From Candidatus Parcubacteria bacterium (GTDB lineage: Bacteria; Patescibacteriota; Minisyncoccia; JAHIHE01; JAGLIN01), in NCBI GenBank assembly GCA_023132875.1, contig JAGLXN010000007.1, positions 1,262 to 65,261 of the forward strand: a stretch of DNA of 64,000 nt. The letters are read 5' to 3'. Shown piece after piece: positions 1 through 9,167 of this stretch. A model generated the notes under the pieces. The model saw only the letters and a program-made list of their open reading frames with translations, was not told the origin of the DNA and did no database searches. The translations under genes were made by a program, and so were the position numbers. Every line of letters starts with the position of its first letter. Positions within the stretch are counted from its first letter, which is position 1.

Positions 1-22
1 AGAAACTAAGAAGCTAATATCC

Positions 23-149
23 TTGGATTACGAAATTCTATTTTTAGTTATCTTCGCGTAAATATTAGTTTTATTAGTGTCTCCTATAATAAACACTAAT
101 TAAACTAATATTCACACTAAACAAACGAATCAATAAGAGTTTTGTAATT
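23..149. repeat. ~127 bp palindrome-containing dispersed repeat, copy 1 (copy 2 at 63810-63935)
   Basis: ttggattacgaaattctatttttagttatcttcgcgt...aagagttttgtaatt recurs in the same orientation at 63810; internal inverted ttagt/actaa arms. Confidence 0.85.
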
Positions 150-163
150 CAAAATAATATACA

Positions 164-194
164 ATAAAAGTATACCAGATTAGTATACTTTTAT
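164..194 (-). terminator. probable intrinsic terminator of fusA
   Basis: ataaaagtatac-cagatta-gtatacttttat inverted repeat just past the fusA stop. Confidence 0.55.
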
Positions 195-216
195 CAATAT
201 TCATTAAACTAAAATT

Positions 217-2295
217 TTATTTTTTATCGCTTTCTCCAATAATCTCATCCGCGACATTTTTTGGAACTTCCTGATAATGATCAAATTCCATGCTGTAATT
301 CCCGCGGCCTTGCGTCATTGATCTGATCTGCGTGGCATAGCCAAACATTGAAGAAAGCGGGACCAACGCGTCAACGATTTTTGACTGCCCTCTTTCCCCC
401 ATATTTTCAATTTGTCCGCGTTTTGAACTTAGATCGCCTACGACATCGCCCATAAATTGTTCGGGGGTTATGGCTTCAACCTTCATAATTGGCTCAAGAA
501 TAACGGGTTTTGCGTTTTTAAAAGCTGCTTGAAAAGCGATTGAACCGGCGATCTTGAAAGCTGATTCAGATGAATCAACTTCGTGATAAGAACCATCATA
601 CAAAGTTGCTTTGACGTCTATAACCGGATGGCCGGAAATAACTCCCTTCGTAAGAACTTCTTCAATACCCTTCTGGGTTGGTTTTATATATTCCTGAGGG
701 ACTACTCCTCCTTTAATCTCGTCAACAAACTCAAAACCAGCTCCTCTTTCAAGCGGTTCAATTCTAATCCATACATGCCCATATTGTCCGCGTCCTCCGG
801 ACTGCCTGATATATTTGCCTTCAGCTTGAGCAGTATCTTTTATCGTTTCCCTATAAGCGACTCTCGGCTTTCCGATAGTTGCTTCAACTTTCATTTCACG
901 CAGCATTCTGTCAATTAAAACTTCCAAATGAAGCTCTCCCATTCCTGAAAGAATAGTTTGCCCCGTTTCCTCGTCAGTATGAACTCTGAAAGTCGGATCT
1001 TCATCGGAAAGTTTTTTAAGAGCCATTCCCATTTTTTCCTGATCGGCTTTCGTTTTAGGCTCAACAGCGATTGAAATAACCGGCTCCGGGAAAGTAATTT
1101 TTTCCAATATGATTGGATTTTTTTCATCGCACAAAGTGTTTCCGGTTGTAGTATCTTTTAGGCCGACAGTAGCCGCAATATCTCCCGCAAAAATTTCATT
1201 AACTTCTTCCCTGTGATTAGCATGCATTCTGAGGATTCTTCCGATTCTTTCCTTTTTGCCTGTAGTTGAATTTAGAACATAAGAACCTGCCTTAAGAAAT
1301 CCTGAATATACCCTAAAAAATGTTAATTGTCCGACAAAAGGATCAGTCGCGACCTTGAAAGCTAAGATTGAAAGAGGCTCATTATCATCCGCCTTTCTTT
1401 GATCTTCTTCTTCAGTTTTTATATTAATTCCCGTAATAGGAGGAATGTCAACTGGCGAAGGGAGATATTTTATAATAGCGTCAAGAATAAGCTGGACTCC
1501 TTTATTTTTCAAAGCCGTTCCTGTCATAACCGGAAAAATTTTATTATCAATTGTGGCGTTTCTTATTCCTTCTTCCAGCTCTTCTTCCGTAATTTCCTCG
1601 CTTGCAAGATATTTTTCCATCAGTTTATCATCATGCTCAACAATTTTTTCAACCATTTCAGCTCTCCAGTTTTCAACTTTTTCTTTCATTTCTTCCGGCA
1701 TTTCCTTTTCAACTACGGTTTCTCCGTGAACTCCGTCAAAATAATACGCTTTTCTATTTATCAGATCTATCACTCCTTCAAAATTTTCTTCCGCTCCGAT
1801 TGGAAGCTGGATAGCAACCGCGTTCTTGTTTAATCTTTCAATAATAGAATCAAATCCTTTATAAAAATCGGCTCCCGTTCTGTCCATTTTGTTTATAAAG
1901 CAAATTCTTGGAACATTGTATTTGTCAGCTTGATGCCAAACAGTCTCACTTTGAGATTCAACTCCGGCTACTCCGTCAAAAACAACGACTCCGCCATCAA
2001 GAACCCTTAAACTTCTTTCAACTTCCGCGGTAAAATCAACGTGTCCCGGAGTATCTATAATATTTATTTGATGTTCTTTCCAGAAACAAGTGGTTGCGGC
2101 GGATGTAATCGTTATTCCTCTTTCCTGTTCCTGTTCCATCCAGTCCATAGTAGCTTCTCCATTATGAACCTCGCCGATTTTATGGCTAATTCCGGTGTAA
2201 AACAAAATTCGCTCGGAAACTGTTGTTTTTCCAGCGTCTATGTGCGCAATAATTCCAATATTGCGGAATTTATCAATTGGGTGTTGTCTGGGCAT
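217..2295 (-). CDS. fusA: elongation factor G
   Basis: [30 protein letters not shown] and GMGELH motifs; start placed at MPRQHP (ATG 2295). Confidence 0.98.
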   Translation of the reverse strand: MPRQHPIDKFRNIGIIAHIDAGKTTVSERILFYTGISHKIGEVHNGEATMDWMEQEQERGITITSAATTCFWKEHQINIIDTPGHVDFTAEVERSLRVLDGGVVVFDGVAGVESQSETVWHQADKYNVPRICFINKMDRTGADFYKGFDSIIERLNKNAVAIQLPIGAEENFEGVIDLINRKAYYFDGVHGETVVEKEMPEEMKEKVENWRAEMVEKIVEHDDKLMEKYLASEEITEEELEEGIRNATIDNKIFPVMTGTALKNKGVQLILDAIIKYLPSPVDIPPITGINIKTEEEDQRKADDNEPLSILAFKVATDPFVGQLTFFRVYSGFLKAGSYVLNSTTGKKERIGRILRMHANHREEVNEIFAGDIAATVGLKDTTTGNTLCDEKNPIILEKITFPEPVISIAVEPKTKADQEKMGMALKKLSDEDPTFRVHTDEETGQTILSGMGELHLEVLIDRMLREMKVEATIGKPRVAYRETIKDTAQAEGKYIRQSGGRGQYGHVWIRIEPLERGAGFEFVDEIKGGVVPQEYIKPTQKGIEEVLTKGVISGHPVIDVKATLYDGSYHEVDSSESAFKIAGSIAFQAAFKNAKPVILEPIMKVEAITPEQFMGDVVGDLSSKRGQIENMGERGQSKIVDALVPLSSMFGYATQIRSMTQGRGNYSMEFDHYQEVPKNVADEIIGESDKK

Positions 2296-2319
2296 AGGTT
2301 TTTTGTTAGTTATAAAGTT

Positions 2320-2349
2320 TCCGCCCAAGGCGGATCAGCCATAGGCTGA
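2320..2349. repeat. double-hairpin REP-like element (TCCGCC..GGCGGA / TCAGCC..GGCTGA)
   Basis: tccgcccaaggcgga-tcagccataggctga; related copy at 45210-45240. Confidence 0.7.
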
Positions 2350-2458
2350 AAAAGTTAAAAAGTTTAAAGTTTAAAGTTATTTTTTATTCCTACTACAAGC
2401 AACTCTGCTTACAATAGTAACATCCTATCATAAACTGCCTTTCTGTCAATAGAAATCA

Positions 2459-2485
2459 AGAAACGCAGCAATGCTGCGTTTCTAC
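2459..2485. repeat. GTAG-type REP palindrome
   Basis: agaaacgcagc-aat-gctgcgtttctac; copies at 11345-11373 and 22991-23018. Confidence 0.85.
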
Positions 2486-2530
2486 TTTTTGTAATATCAC
2501 AGTCTAAAATTTAGAAAAGATGATCTATCT

Positions 2531-3145
2531 CTATTTCTTTGCCATCCACCTGAACAGCCAGCCGAATAAGCTAATGCCTTGTTTTTCTTGATTTACTTCA
2601 TTTTCCAGCTCTGCTCCGATTTGTTCCATAATTTGAATTTGTTGAGTTAAAACTTCCGCGTCAGCGCTGTTTTCTAATTGCGCACGCAACCCTTTAAGTT
2701 CTTCTAGACGATTTTTGTGGTTTTCTGTACGATCTTCCACTTTTTTAAGCTCTTTGTAATTTGGACCTATAAAAAATTTAACGATCCCGCTTCTTTTCTT
2801 TGTAACTTCTAAGGCATTTTCTATTTCCTCTTGCTCTTGATTTTGATTTTGGGCGATTGTTCTAATCTGCTGTCCGATACTGGAATTTCTATTCGCGACT
2901 GCCAACATTTCTTGAACCATAGTAGCTACGCGACTGCGTCTTTGCTCTCCTTGGCTTTCTTGATTCTGATTTATCTGATTTTGAATCTTCTGGTCTTCTC
3001 CCTGATTTTGTACTGGTTCTTCATTTTTTTCTTTTGCTGGTTCTATATTCTTTTTCTCAGAAACATTTTGCGCTACGCACGGAAGAGCAAAAATTACCAG
3101 CATTAGCAAAGAGATACCGGTAATTCCAATTTTTAGTGTTTTCAT
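2531..3145 (-). CDS. secreted Gln-rich coiled-coil hypothetical protein
   Basis: N-terminal signal-like hydrophobic segment, Q/E-rich helical body, C-terminal SLFGWLF. Confidence 0.8.
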   Translation of the reverse strand: MKTLKIGITGISLLMLVIFALPCVAQNVSEKKNIEPAKEKNEEPVQNQGEDQKIQNQINQNQESQGEQRRSRVATMVQEMLAVANRNSSIGQQIRTIAQNQNQEQEEIENALEVTKKRSGIVKFFIGPNYKELKKVEDRTENHKNRLEELKGLRAQLENSADAEVLTQQIQIMEQIGAELENEVNQEKQGISLFGWLFRWMAKK

Positions 3146-3276
3146 ACGCTTTTAAGTTAATGATTATTATAAATTATACTAAATTGTTAAATTGCTTTAT
3201 TGCTTTATTGTTGTTGTATCTATTATTACCTGTGCATTGTTTATATTATAAGAATGTAGAAGAATATTTTTTTAGT

Positions 3277-3401
3277 TGTCATTTCGAATCCCGATAGGGT
3301 GAGAAATCCGTGAACTATACTATACCAGAAACAAGAAAAGTTCAGATGAGACTTGTTTAGTTTATAGATCTCTCAATCGCTCTGCTCATTTCGAGATGAC
3401 A
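3277..3401. repeat. paired TGTCAT...ATGACA REP-like element
   Basis: tgtcatttcga...tcgagatgaca terminal inverted repeat; relatives at 9086-9142, 49544-49596, 53342-53460 and 60260-60379. Confidence 0.75.
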
Positions 3402-3418
3402 GAATAAAGATATTTTTA

Positions 3419-3544
3419 TTATTTCTTTACTTTATTTTTTGCTTTACAAGACTTGTTTTTCTTATCGGCGGAAATTTTAAAAACACTCGGCGTTCTAAAT
3501 CCGGTTTTTCCTTTTGCGCATTTTCTTGATGAATGTTTTTTCAT
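3419..3544 (-). CDS. putative 41-aa basic small protein (MKKHSSRKCAKGKTGFRTPSVFKISADKKNKSCKAKNKVKK)
   Basis: hand-translated ATG-TAA frame below the ORF-track cutoff; co-oriented with neighbours. Confidence 0.35.
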   Translation of the reverse strand: MKKHSSRKCAKGKTGFRTPSVFKISADKKNKSCKAKNKVKK

Positions 3545-3628
3545 AGGTTTATTTATAATAATAATTTGACTGCTCTTTTTTATTTAAAAACCTAAGAAGC
3601 TAAAAAGCTACGACCTAAAAAGCTAATC

Positions 3629-4600
3629 CTAATCCGCGAAATTCTGGATAAAGATCATTCCATATTCTCCTCCATCAATTACGCCAATACCTACTCTATG
3701 AAAAAAAGGATGAAGAATATTTTTTTTATGTCCCGAACTGTTCATAAGCCCTTGATGCGCGGAAGCTAGGTCTTTGGAAAGGGCAAGATTTTCGCCTGAA
3801 AAATTAAATTCAACACCGCCTTCTTTCATACGATCAGAAGGACCTTTTTCTTCAAGATTTATATGCGAAAAATATCCTTTGTTAAACATATCTATCCCGT
3901 GTTTTCTTGCTGTCTCTCTAGCTATTTCATCCGCAACAAGAGCTTTACGCCCAAACAAAACTCTTTCTTTGTTAATCAGTTCCAGCATATCATTTTCTAA
4001 TTTTTCATTGATGCTAAGATCAGAAACCGTAAAACCAAGATCTATTCTCTTCTCGTCTCCAGTTTCCACTGTTAAAAAATCCAGCTTATCCATTGTTACG
4101 CTAAGCGCGTCTCCAAATATATTATGCAGGCAATTATTTATTTTTATCGGATCTCCCGCGACAAAATCGCCGAAGGTTGAAGAATTAAATTCATTTTTTA
4201 AAAAGTATGGAAGAGAAAACGCGAAAGTTATGGACATCAGCAGAAAAACAACAACCGCGCTATAAGAAAATGAGGCAAATCCGCTTGCGATTCTTCTCTT
4301 TATTGATTTATTAATTATAAACAGCGAATCTGGAAGCGCTTTGCGAGAAGCCACCAAAAGTATAAATTTAATAATAAACATATTAAGAAAAAATCCCATA
4401 ATATTAGCGTATGCCGTTTCTATCGCAAAATTTTTCGTAAAAAAAGAAGCAGTATAGCTGTAAGTTAAAAAAGCAATAAACAAGGAAAATAAAAAACTTC
4501 CCATATTAACTACAATGGAATAAAAGCCTCTTTTAATCCCATCAGCAAAATGAATAATTAAAAAAAATATTATTATGAGATCTATCCAATTTCCAAGCAT
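3629..4600 (-). CDS. CvpA-family membrane domain fused to a CAP (SCP) domain
   Basis: N-terminal NWIDLIII..GIKRGF (CvpA-like); C-terminal YFSH, GENLA, LMNSSGHKKNIL, VGIG CAP motifs. Confidence 0.85.
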   Translation of the reverse strand: MLGNWIDLIIIFFLIIHFADGIKRGFYSIVVNMGSFLFSLFIAFLTYSYTASFFTKNFAIETAYANIMGFFLNMFIIKFILLVASRKALPDSLFIINKSIKRRIASGFASFSYSAVVVFLLMSITFAFSLPYFLKNEFNSSTFGDFVAGDPIKINNCLHNIFGDALSVTMDKLDFLTVETGDEKRIDLGFTVSDLSINEKLENDMLELINKERVLFGRKALVADEIARETARKHGIDMFNKGYFSHINLEEKGPSDRMKEGGVEFNFSGENLALSKDLASAHQGLMNSSGHKKNILHPFFHRVGIGVIDGGEYGMIFIQNFAD

Positions 4601-4720
4601 GTAATCATTTTAACATTTTAACATATAAACATTTTAACATTAGAACTTCCTCGCTTTAACACGTTAATAAAAGTTTATGGATGTTAGAATGTTAGTATGT
4701 TAGAATGTTAGTACGTATAT

Positions 4721-6334
4721 CTATTTATACTTAAATCTATCAACAACCGCGTAAGCTATATTATCAGAATGATCTCCAATTCTTTCTAAATTTGTCAAAA
4801 TCTCAGTAAAATATTTTCCTTTCTCTAAAGAACATATTCCTTTATTCATTCTCTCTAAATGATTGCTATGAGATTTTTTTACTATTTCATCTACTTTATT
4901 TTCATGCTTTATAATTTCATAAGCAAGCTTTAAATTATCTTCTTCTAAAGATTTTATAACAAGATTTTGCATAATTTTTAATTTACCGAATATCGCAGTG
5001 AGTTCTCGGATCGCTTTCTCGGAAAATTCCATTCTGTCTTCTTTTATATCAACGAACAATTCAGAAACGGTTAAAACATGATCAGAAAGATGCTCTAAAT
5101 CAGTTGTAATGTGCATCAAGCTATAAAGCTTCATTAGATCTTTTTTATTAAGATTTTGCTGTGAAATCTGTGCTAGATATTCTGAGATTTTTCCTGTCAT
5201 TTCGTCCATTTCTTTCTCGTATTCTTCAACTTTTTTAAGCAAATCAGTTTTATTTTCAAAAAATATTAATTTTGATACTTCTAACATTTCATTTACAGTT
5301 TTTGCCATATCCACAACAGCACGATTAGCTTGTCCAAGAGCAACAGAGGGAGTATAAAGTAATTTTCTACTCAAATAGGAAAGCTTGGACTCTTCAGTCT
5401 TAATCTCCGGAGTATGTTTGTTTATAAATTTTGCTATAAAAGGAATAAACGGAAGAAATATTAAAGCGGTTATAATATTATACAGCGTATGCCCATTTGC
5501 TATTTGCCTTCCCATGTCATCTGAGGTAATGCTTGCTAAATAATCAAAGTATTTGAAAAACAATAAGAAAAATATAATTCCGAATATATTAAATAACAAA
5601 TGCATAATAGCAATGCTGGTCAAAAAACCTTTTCGCTTGAGACCCATATAAATAACTTTCAAGCTTGAACCAAGATTTACGCCCAAGATCATAAAAAGAG
5701 CCGTGCTGAGATCCACAATTTGCGTTGCTCCAAGCGCGACAATAATAACGGAAGTCGCGCTGCTGCTTTGCAGTAATAATGTAAGAAAAGCTAAAATAAA
5801 TATATAAGCAATTTTGACAGAACTAAACTGATTGATAAAATCAATAGCTATTTGATTATGGGAAACAGATTGCATTCCGTTAAAAACAAAATACATTCCC
5901 AGGAATAAAAAACTGAATCCGATAATAGCTTCCCCAATATTCTTTTTTATTTTACGGACAGCAAAAATGTGAATGAAGACTCCGACCGTTAAAATCGGCA
6001 AAGCATAAATTCCTATCTGAAAAGAAGCAAGCTGAGTTGTTATTGTGCTTCCAATATTAGCGCCAAGCATAGCGGAAACAGCTCCGCTATAACCCAAAAG
6101 ACCAGCACTCATAAATCCGATAAGCATTGTAATTGTAGTGCTGCTGCTTTGAATTACGGCTGTTATTCCCGTACCAATCGCTAATCCCTTTATTGGATTA
6201 TCATTCGTTTTTCTAAGCGTTTCTTCCAGCTTAAACCCCATGATTTTTTGTAAACTAACACCCAAAAGATGAATCCCATAAAGAAGAATGGCAAGCCCTC
6301 CTACTATTTCAAATATTGTTGTTAGTTCAAGCAT
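4721..6334 (-). CDS. Na+/Pi cotransporter family protein with PhoU-like C-terminus
   Basis: two QSSS motifs, GANIGST, C-terminal LERIGDHSDNIA. Confidence 0.92.
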   Translation of the reverse strand: MLELTTIFEIVGGLAILLYGIHLLGVSLQKIMGFKLEETLRKTNDNPIKGLAIGTGITAVIQSSSTTITMLIGFMSAGLLGYSGAVSAMLGANIGSTITTQLASFQIGIYALPILTVGVFIHIFAVRKIKKNIGEAIIGFSFLFLGMYFVFNGMQSVSHNQIAIDFINQFSSVKIAYIFILAFLTLLLQSSSATSVIIVALGATQIVDLSTALFMILGVNLGSSLKVIYMGLKRKGFLTSIAIMHLLFNIFGIIFFLLFFKYFDYLASITSDDMGRQIANGHTLYNIITALIFLPFIPFIAKFINKHTPEIKTEESKLSYLSRKLLYTPSVALGQANRAVVDMAKTVNEMLEVSKLIFFENKTDLLKKVEEYEKEMDEMTGKISEYLAQISQQNLNKKDLMKLYSLMHITTDLEHLSDHVLTVSELFVDIKEDRMEFSEKAIRELTAIFGKLKIMQNLVIKSLEEDNLKLAYEIIKHENKVDEIVKKSHSNHLERMNKGICSLEKGKYFTEILTNLERIGDHSDNIAYAVVDRFKYK

Positions 6335-6350
6335 GGAATTAAATTGTTAG

Positions 6351-6446
6351 ATTGTTGAATTGTTGAATTGTTGAATTGTTGAATTGTTGAATTGTTGAAT
6401 TGTTGAATTGTTGAATTGTTGAATTGTTGAATTGTTGAATTGTTGA
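6351..6446. repeat. tandem repeat (ATTGTTGA)x12
   Basis: 12 perfect 8-bp units counted directly. Confidence 0.97.
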
Positions 6447-6652
6447 ATTGTGCTATGCATATGTAACAATAGAACAATTTAACAATAGAGCAATATAATT
6501 TTATTTTAATACTTCTGTGTTTTATGTAAAGTGTATAAGTAGTTTTGTCTTCAGTAGTGTTGAACAGATCCTGATATCCATCAAGATAAACTCCGTATAT
6601 TTTCTGCTTGTTTATATGTTTAAATGTTAATATGTTAAAATGATTTATGGGG

Positions 6653-6680
6653 TTGACAAATTTTCTCAGTGTGATATAGT
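6653..6680 (+). promoter_or_regulatory. sigma70-type promoter
   Basis: TTGACA-16 bp-TATAGT with extended -10 TG. Confidence 0.7.
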
Positions 6681-6685
6681 GTTTC

Positions 6686-7786
6686 GTGAAGTTGAATTTT
6701 GATATTTGATTAAAATGAGACTTCAAAAATAAAGAATCTATGCAATGCACCATGAGCTGTATGCAACTGCACAAAATGCAGTAGATCAAGGAGTAGTGAG
6801 AAGAAGCATGAAATCGGAAATAGCAGAAGTCGGAAAAGAAAAATATGATACCTTTGTAAGCCACTCAGGCCCCGCATTCCAGCTACACCGAAGATAACTG
6901 GTACCCAAGATCCCGGCATTTGATTAGCAACAATTTGAAAAAGTTGTTGCAGAGAGGTGAAAATGATTTGAAAATCGCCCTTTGAAAAGGGTAAGGTCCG
7001 TTTCGGCTTTGTTTGCTAGGAACAAGGGACCTCAAAAAAGACAAGAAAAAATTCCCGCTCTGAAGCGGAAAGACCTGCTCGATCTCGAGGCGTACACATT
7101 CTGGTTATCCAGAACTGCCCGAGAAGTTTGCCGGTCATGAGGAGCGATGGACTGCGCCAAGTTGCATGTAATGAAAGTAAGAATGAATGGCGACTCCATG
7201 TACGCTCCAGAAGAAAGGTATTCCCGCTGTCCCCTCGGAATATGAGGGACGAAGAAAAGATTAGTAAAGAAGAAATTTGTAATAGTGGGACATACTAAGA
7301 TCGGTGGGAGCTTTGTTGGCTACTAGTTCGGGAAGATCGTTTTACCCGAAAATAGCGCCATGACGAGACCGCTGGTCAAAAATTTAAGATAAGATGATTG
7401 GAATTTTGAAACATTTTCTGTATCTCTTTCTCAACTAGAATAGATATTATTTGCTCTCTCGACCTAAAGGATTGGCGGAGAAAAAAGAATAAGTAAACTG
7501 TTCTAAAGTCAAGAGAGATTTTGGCGCCAAGAGGAAATTTACAAAAAATTCGACACCCCCATTTCAATCACATGTGTTGAACAAAAATTAACTGGGCACC
7601 TGCCGCCCGAATACCAACGAGGAGATCTGCATGATTTTTAAAAAAATAAAATTCTAACAAACCGCTCCCTTTCTTTTAGGGAGCTAACGGAGCAGCGAAA
7701 AAGTCTGTAGGTAGCATATCAAGCTTTAAATGACTATGTCAGCCTACTACTTATTCTTCAAACCGGCACCAAGGCCTGTTTTTTTT
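6686..7786 (+). ncRNA. candidate large (~1.1 kb) structured non-coding RNA, family unassigned
   Basis: no credible ORF, GC-richer than flanks, more than 12 hairpins and several long-range pairings, bounded by a promoter and a terminator. Confidence 0.65.
7760..7786 (+). terminator. intrinsic terminator
   Basis: AAAC-c-GGC-accaag-GCC-t-GTTT followed by a T-run. Confidence 0.55.
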
Positions 7787-7841
7787 GTTGTTTAAATTAT
7801 TTAGAGGTGATGGGCACCTTGAGGATGCCCGTCACCAAAAA

Positions 7842-8981
7842 CTACACCGACTTTCTAATCCTCTTCATCATCTCTAAATAAAAATAAATATTATGAATGC
7901 TTGCTAATCGCAGAGCGAGAAGTTCGCCGGAAACAAATAAATGCCTTAAATACGCGCGGGAATAATTTTGACAAGTGAAGCATCCACAATTTTTGTCAAT
8001 TGGTTTTTTGTCATTTTTAAATTTCTCATTTGTGATATGAATGATTTCATAGAATCGCGACGATGTCGGAGTTCCCTTCGGGAGATTCCGACAAGGCGAG
8101 AAATTTTCACTTTTAGACTTAAACTTATATATCGTTCCATGCCGCGCGTTTCTTGTTGGAATAACGCAATCAAACATATCAATCCCCCTTGAGACAGCGT
8201 CGACAATTTCTTCTGGTTTTCCTACTCCCATCAGATATCTGGGCTTATCTTCCGGTAAAAACGGAATTGTCCAATCAACAACTTGAAACATTTTTTTACT
8301 TGACTCCCCTACTGAAACTCCTCCAATCGCGTATCCATTAAAGCCGATTTTAACCAACTGTTTTGCCGATTCTTCTCTGAAATTTTTATAAATTCCGCCC
8401 TGAACTATCCCAAATAATAATGACTTATTTTTGCCAAGTGCCTTATTTTTTTTGTCAAAATATATCTTGCATCTCTCCGCCCATCTTGTTGTTAGTTCTA
8501 AGGACTCTTTAATATATTTTTTACTCGCTGGATACGGCGCGCATTCATCAAGAACCATTATAATATCGCTTCCTAAATTCTGCTGAATCTCAATTGATTT
8601 TTCGGGAGTTAGTAAATGAGAAGAGCCGTCAATATGAGATTTGAATTCCGCTCCTTCTTCGGAAATTTTCCTCATTTTTGCCAGTGAAAAAACCTGATAG
8701 CCCCCGCTATCTGTTAGAATTGGACCGCTCCAATTCATAAATCTATGAAGCCCGCCAAGTTTTTTAATTAGCTTATCAGACGGCCTCAAATATAGATGAT
8801 AAGTATTGCCAAGAATAATCCGCGCGCCGATTTTTTTCATCTCAATGCTATCCAATGATTTCACGCTTCCGCAAGTCGCAATCGGCATAAAACACGGGGT
8901 CTTGATGATCCCGTGTTTTGTTTTTATTTCTCCTAGCCGAACGCTGGATCTTTTTGATTTTTTTATTATTTTGAAAGACAT
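7842..8981 (-). CDS. tgt: tRNA-guanine transglycosylase
   Basis: TPCFMP, NTYHL, TDSGGYQ, FGIVQGG, DMFDCV and Zn site CGCFTC..H; start placed at MSFKII. Confidence 0.96.
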   Translation of the reverse strand: MSFKIIKKSKRSSVRLGEIKTKHGIIKTPCFMPIATCGSVKSLDSIEMKKIGARIILGNTYHLYLRPSDKLIKKLGGLHRFMNWSGPILTDSGGYQVFSLAKMRKISEEGAEFKSHIDGSSHLLTPEKSIEIQQNLGSDIIMVLDECAPYPASKKYIKESLELTTRWAERCKIYFDKKNKALGKNKSLLFGIVQGGIYKNFREESAKQLVKIGFNGYAIGGVSVGESSKKMFQVVDWTIPFLPEDKPRYLMGVGKPEEIVDAVSRGIDMFDCVIPTRNARHGTIYKFKSKSENFSPCRNLPKGTPTSSRFYEIIHITNEKFKNDKKPIDKNCGCFTCQNYSRAYLRHLFVSGELLALRLASIHNIYFYLEMMKRIRKSV

Positions 8982-9167
8982 ATAATCTAAATCCAAATTG
9001 CAAAATTCAAATTATTCCAAATAAAATCCAAAGCTCAAATAATAAATTCATTAAGCCCGTAACTACGCGCGAAGAGTTTAGTTGCGGGATTGCTTCGTCA
9101 TTCCGTTACGCTATCGCTTCACTTCATTCCTCGCAATGACAGTAAAATTTACACAATTAATCGCGCT

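Noticed and set aside
6351-6446. possible CRISPR array
   Set aside because: Pure 8-bp tandem repeat without spacers; no cas genes in the window.
6322-6864. 180-aa ORF with FNNSTIQQ repeats
   Set aside because: The open frame is created by the 8-bp tandem array and runs antisense through the promoter and candidate ncRNA; composition is not protein-like.
6686-7786. group I/II intron, rRNA, RNase P or tmRNA identity for the large RNA
   Set aside because: No interrupted host gene, no GUGCG/domain V, no GAGGAAAGUCC and no tRNA-like ends found by eye; left unassigned pending cmscan.
7807-7836. ggtgatgggca/tgcccgtcacc hairpin as a separate RNA gene
   Set aside because: Single hairpin beside the tgt stop; most simply a terminator or REP.
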